64,000 nt of DNA, taken from Takakia lepidozioides (Eukaryota; Plantae; Bryophyta). The translations under genes were made by a program, and so were the position numbers. Below, piece by piece: positions 62,422-64,000 of the stretch. Each line of letters begins with the position of its first letter. The stretch's first letter is position 1. Location of the stretch: the NCBI GenBank assembly GCA_030704615.1, contig CM060734.1, positions 35,154,001 to 35,218,000 of the forward strand. Direction: 5' to 3'. The notes beneath the pieces are model-generated. The model was not told the DNA's origin. It did not search any database and saw only the letters and a program-made list of their open reading frames with translations.

Positions 62422-64000
62422 AGTATTCCCAGCTTCAGTTGCACTACTTCCACACTCCCTGTCCCCCCAGAGCCAGATCCAGGCAGCCCGCCTGATCCCC
62501 CTGAGCCGACACCTTCGTTGGCCTGTGATCCAAGTGCTCCACTTGATCCAGGTCCAACGGGTTGGGATGTCCTGGTTGTAGTCTCAACCTCAGCTGTTGG
62601 GTCTACTTCTTCATATTCTTCCTCTTCCAATTTCTTCTCTCTCTTTTCATCCTCCAAGTTCTGCCCTTGGGTTTCTTCTTCACTCATGTAACTCAACTGT
62701 AATGGTGTTGGAGAGTCTGAACTCTCCGTTGGCTCTGCCACATCCTCTTCTCCTTCTTCACCTTCTGCTTCAGAAACTGGAGTTCCTGCTTTTGGTGTTC
62801 CATGCCAACTCTTATCAAAGATTTCTGTCAAATCTTTTATCCAGGGATGTACCTCAGATCTTTCACCTCGTGATTGATCTTCTTCCTGTACCAATTCCCT
62901 TAATCTTTCTTGCAAAGAAACAGAAGGAGTGGCATCCAACTCTAGTTCTTCCGGTATGGTGATGTACTCTTTGATCTTAATGGTGTGAGAGGTCCAGATG
63001 ATTCCCCTATGTCTATTCCTCTCTCCCAAAGATATGGATAATTAGCTTTCAGATAGCTTTCTCTTTTTGCTGAATATCTCTGGCGTCTAGCTTCTCTTTC
63101 ATCACTCATGTCCCATGTCTTTCATTTCTTTTAATGTGGCAATAACCAAAACTCTCTTCTGTAATATCTCTCGTATATGCCTGGGTTTCTTTCAAGCTTC
63201 AATGCACCCTTGGCTATACTTGAAGTCTCCGTTACCATATAACCATATGGCAAACAAGTCTGAAAGCTGTTCTTGGTGTGAGTTTGATCCACAAAATATC
63301 CTTTGGAATCCAATTCTTTACCAGTACAAGCTCTTCATGCATATGAGTATAAACATTCACCTTTCTTTCTTTCTTCCCAGCCTTCAAACTCTACTCGTTA
63401 ATGGATAGCAATGCTATCACATAAACCAATGTTGGTAACCAACGTGCTCTTCCTCTACAGGCTACCTGATAAATCTTTATCACTCCTTTCTCCAGACCCC
63501 ATTCCGATCAGCATCATGCACTCGCTTAAGAATATTTTCTTTACAACCGTCTGGCAATTCCAAGAACCTTTGAAAGAATTGTTTGGACAATCTTTCTTCC
63601 TTCGTTCCACAGGGAATTTGATTCACTTCAAATTCTTTAATGGTCCAACCACCATGATCCCACCAGATGCCTGTCACATCTGGTTGTTCATGACTCAGTT
63701 CCCCAGTATGGTCGCCAAATGTCGCGCGGCTTTTACTCACCCATCCCTTCGCTATCCGAGGCGGAAACTCCAAGATAGAAGAGTTGGAAATCTCTAAGTA
63801 CTCAGCCCCGCGCAGAACAATCAGTCATGACCTACAGCTAGTGTATCATGGGGGTGTTTCCTATTTGTTTCCTTTTGCATTCATGTTAGCTACCTTACCA
63901 TTGATAATTAAGTATCAGTTTGCTTTATCAATCTATTGGATTCCATCAACTCATCCATTCATTCCACAGCTTCACTCAGATCTCTCTACACAGTGTGATT

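Larger units (their letters stand above)
52694..63980 (-). mobile_element. Athila/Tat-type (non-chromovirus) Gypsy LTR retrotransposon, decayed, with an extra 3' ORF
   Basis: Direct repeats 52694-52955 and 63720-63980; PBS TGGCGACCATACTGGGGA (63717-63700, tRNA-Arg type); gag with CCHC knuckles, PR VLIDGGSGVNIM, RT, RH (VHCDAS), INT (GGHF..CDECQ, WGLDFVGP, SDQGSHF, WKGPY). No TSD found. Confidence 0.9.

Overview
Eukaryotic, intron-containing land-plant DNA. A decayed LCIB-type gene suggests a hornwort, but that is an inference. Three host genes look intact or partly visible, all on the minus strand: the 5' part of a CYP85-clan cytochrome P450, CCDC22 and GEMIN2. The rest is transposons and pseudogene fragments. 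The main element is a 10.75-kb Ty3/Gypsy-type retroelement at 6455-17203 with a 4-bp AACA target-site duplication. It has five unusual features: (1) a DNMT3-like cytosine-5 methyltransferase domain in frame between protease and reverse transcriptase; (2) a PHD finger after integrase; (3) a self-priming primer-binding site instead of a tRNA site; (4) captured host-gene fragments in its leader; (5) split terminal repeats in the order A-internal-B-A-B. That order is what a 2-LTR circle would give if opened at an internal palindrome (GACA^GC^TGTC) and integrated. A second fragment of the same DNMT family lies at ~52.3 kb. The window also holds an internally deleted chromovirus, a decayed Athila/Tat-type element with an extra 3' ORF, LINE 3' ends, a MULE-like insertion in a trihelix pseudogene, an intron-containing IS3EU-like transposase remnant, 120-bp tandem arrays, and LCIB, OSB, HAK/KUP, RPB2 and PPR gene fragments. 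All family assignments come from motifs read by eye; no searches were run.
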